DNA from: Octopus bimaculoides
Taxonomy: Eukaryota
Reading direction: 5' to 3'
Assembly: GCF_001194135.2 (NCBI RefSeq)
Contig: NC_069006.1
Coordinates: forward strand, 162,617 to 226,616
Length of the DNA stretch: 64,000 bases
Shown piece after piece: positions 60,961 through 64,000 of this stretch; the first letter of the stretch is position 1, and the number at the start of each line of letters is the position of its first letter. Under the pieces are notes generated by a model, which made no database searches, had not been told where the DNA came from, and was given only the letters and a program-made list of their open reading frames with translations. The translations under genes were made by a program, and so were the position numbers.

Positions 60961-62784
60961 ATGTTTCTGCATATAACTTTACCTTGCTCCAGTCTTAACG
61001 AAACTGTCCGACGAACAGGAACAAGAAAGTCTGAGTAACAGTTTTTGTGATATTTTTACTGCTTTTTAACAAAGTATATATATATATGTGTGTGTGTGTG
61101 TGGAGAAAGAGAGCGAGAGAATAAGCGACACAGAGAGAGTTAACATGAGAGGTGTGGGATGAGTGCACTTGCTAGGTATGGTGGCAGGCAATAAGTAAAT
61201 GAACATCACACACACATAGCGAGAGAGAAAGAATTAGAGAGACACAGAAAGATGAGAAGGAGAAGTAAATGAGAGGAGTTTTAGAAAGGAGAAATTTGTT
61301 ATATTTTATTTTATTTGAAGGTGATAGATATTTTAAAAATTAGCCTTCATTTCATCATTTTGTATAAGCACCAGGAAATTTAATAAGAATTAAATTACAA
61401 TTAATATATGTGCCACATAAAAAGCACCCAGTAGTCTGTAAACCGATTGTTATTAGGGAGGGCCCGTCGAAGCAGACAATGGAGTCTGGTACAGCTCTCG
61501 GCCTTACCCGGCTGAGGTCAAACCCATACCAGCCAGGAAAACAGATGTTTAATGATGAGGATGATTTTGATGATGACGGCAACGATTGTATGTATGTCGT
61601 ATTTCCTGTTATCCCCCATGGTGGCAAAAATATACTTCCAAAGGTACTCGTCATACGACATGTTCGAATAGAGCTGATATAGATTTGAATAAAAGATTGG
61701 GACAAAGCGAATTATTTCCCTTGAACCATTTCTCTTGGATTATTTCCCTTTGATTATCTCCCTTGAATAATTTCCTTTCCTTCTAAGCTTCCATACATTC
61801 TCTGTGAATGTTTGAAAATACTTCTGACCTTGAAAGGAGGTCACACATTTTGTGTGTGAGAAAGGTCACAGGTAGGAGAAGAAATAAAACTGCCCCTCCC
61901 CCATCCACCACCTTCAACCCGGGGCAGTGGTTTAATACAGAATCTAAGGTTCGTCTGTCTTTACGTTCTGAGTTCAAATTCTGCCGAGGTCGACTTTACC
62001 TTTCATCCTTTCGGGGTCGATAAATTAAGTACCAGTTGTGTACGGGGGTCGATCCAATCGACTGCTCCCCTCCCCCAACATTTCGGGCCTTGTACCTAGA
62101 GTAGAAAAGAAAATAGAATCTAAGGGGTCTTAACTATATACCGCAATATATAAGCGTTACCGTTGTTGCCTTCTTCTTGTTTAGACCTGATCAGCCAGTA
62201 GACGCAAGATCTAATAAAGCGCTCCAGCCGTGACTATCTCACTTTCTTTTGTGATGTACTTTCTATGAAGGGCGAACTTCATTTTCCAAAGTATGTATGA
62301 AGTATGTTGTTCTTGCTGTCGTTGTTTAGCCCCAGGTCAGTCCTGATCCCAAAGTCCTACAGGAAAAGATGCCCCAAGCTGTTTCTTTTCCCAAGACACA
62401 GAAACAAGGAGGATGGGAGGTGGCACTTACACACCTGTACAGCATCCTCTTTGCAGTTCACAAGCATAGGGTCGTGATTACTTATAGCGTTTTGTCCCAG
62501 CCATACCAACCTCGGCCTCTTGGACTTTAGCGTACCCTCCAGTTCGCAATACTAATTTCTATTATATTACAGGGTTTTTTCCCGAATATAATAAGGCACG
62601 ATTGAAGAGATATTTGCTTGCTGTTTCAAGCATGAGATCGAGTGACCACCTTAGAAATCCCCGGTGGGGGCCAGCTGTGACAGCTAGAATGATGTCATCT
62701 GCCTTTTATCTTTCATCTTGCACTTGTCGGGTTGAGTTTTGTACGAGAGAGAGAGGGGGGAAGGAGAGAGAAGGTGAGAGTGTT

Positions 62785-62815
<31 letters not shown>

Positions 62816-62907
62816 GAGAGAGAGAGAGAAGTGGGCAAGAAAGAGAAAACAATTTACTGCATCTGAGTTCTGACGAGAGCAGAGAGAGAGAGAGAGAGGG
62901 GAGGAGG

Positions 62908-62938
<31 letters not shown>

Positions 62939-64000
62939 TGTATAGTACAGGCTTCCATACAGTTTCTATCTCCCAAATACTCTCACAAGGCATTAGCAGT
63001 CAGCTCGGTACTTTAGTAGAAGACACTTGGCCGAGGTGCCACGCACTGGGACCGAAACCGAAACTATATGGATGCACAGCTGAAAAAATTAAAAGAACCA
63101 CCAAAAATCGGGATGGTCATGACTGGAATGCTGGATCAGAGCTAACGTTGGGTTGAACAACAGCAGTAATGGCAACGTATGCTGTATTTCGATAAGCGTT
63201 ACATACATGGAAGTAGGTTGTGTGGTCAAGAAGCCCGCACCTAAACCGCATGGCTCCGGGTTCAGTCCCTCTCCATGGCACCTTGGTTAAGTGTCTTGTT
63301 TGACAGCTCCAGGACACCAATCAAATACTTGTGACTGGATTTGGTTTATGGAAACTGAAAGAAACCCGCTTAGGTGTGTGTATATGTGTGTGTGTATGTA
63401 CATATGTGTATGTGTATGTGTGTATGCATCTATGTATGTGTGTGTGTGTGTGTGTGTGTGTATATCTTTGTGTATGTTCTCACACACCACTTGACAATCA
63501 ATATTGGTTTGTTTACGTCCACGTAGCATATCGCTTCGGCCTAAGAGAACGATCGAAGAAATACCAGTTGTTAATAGGAAATCACCATTGGGTTTGATTT
63601 GTTCGACTTAAACCACGAATGCAGTGCCCCAGGATGGCCGCAGTACAAAGAAACGAAAGATGAAAGTGAAGATAACTTCATCAGCAAACTATTTTAAACA
63701 AGTGAAATGAAAAAAAAAAAAAAACAGTATGAGGAGGGGGGAAAAAACCCCCCTTGAAGCAGCAAGGGAAGTAACTTTTAAATTTCCAAGGGAAACAACT
63801 CGACTATAAACAATTTGATCGAAAAAAAAGCAAAACATTTTTTTCTTTCTCAATGAAAATATTTAAATAAAGAAACAAAAATATAACCCAGAAACGTGTA
63901 GGGGCAGCGATTTCGGATTCCTTCTCATTTAGCTCACCTCTCAGCAAGTTGAAATCAGAGTCAAGTGACCAGGAAAGAATCGGTTTCAGATTATCCGCGA

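Noticed and set aside
61720-61780. Short ~15 bp degenerate tandem repeat (also a ~30 bp duplication at 39995-40065)
   Set aside because: Ordinary slippage duplications with no further structure.

Overview
This is repeat-rich, gapped eukaryotic DNA; the microsatellite load and SINE families suggest an octopod cephalopod (inference). It holds one complete protein-coding gene on the minus strand, a mitofusin (MFN2/Marf orthologue). I assembled 17 coding exons by hand (43429 to 6821, 2247 nt, 748 aa plus stop); every junction is GT-AG and phase-compatible. A probable non-coding first exon with uORFs lies at about 56585-57130. Introns and flanks are filled with tRNA-derived SINEs, RTE LINE 3' ends, a Tx1/L1-like remnant, a DD37D (maT) transposon remnant, and piggyBac, hAT, mariner and Helentron-type MITEs. 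The most unusual signal is a Penelope-like retroelement (RT plus GIY-YIG, about 643-2700). Its 3' terminal unit is a tRNA-like Pol III head, an (AAT)n spacer and a minimal hammerhead ribozyme. The same unit recurs without the ORF as head-to-head fold-back insertions with 12-13 bp target-site duplications (18368-18870, 27058-27255) and as older single copies. This suggests a Pol III-driven, hammerhead-bearing non-autonomous element mobilised by the Penelope machinery.
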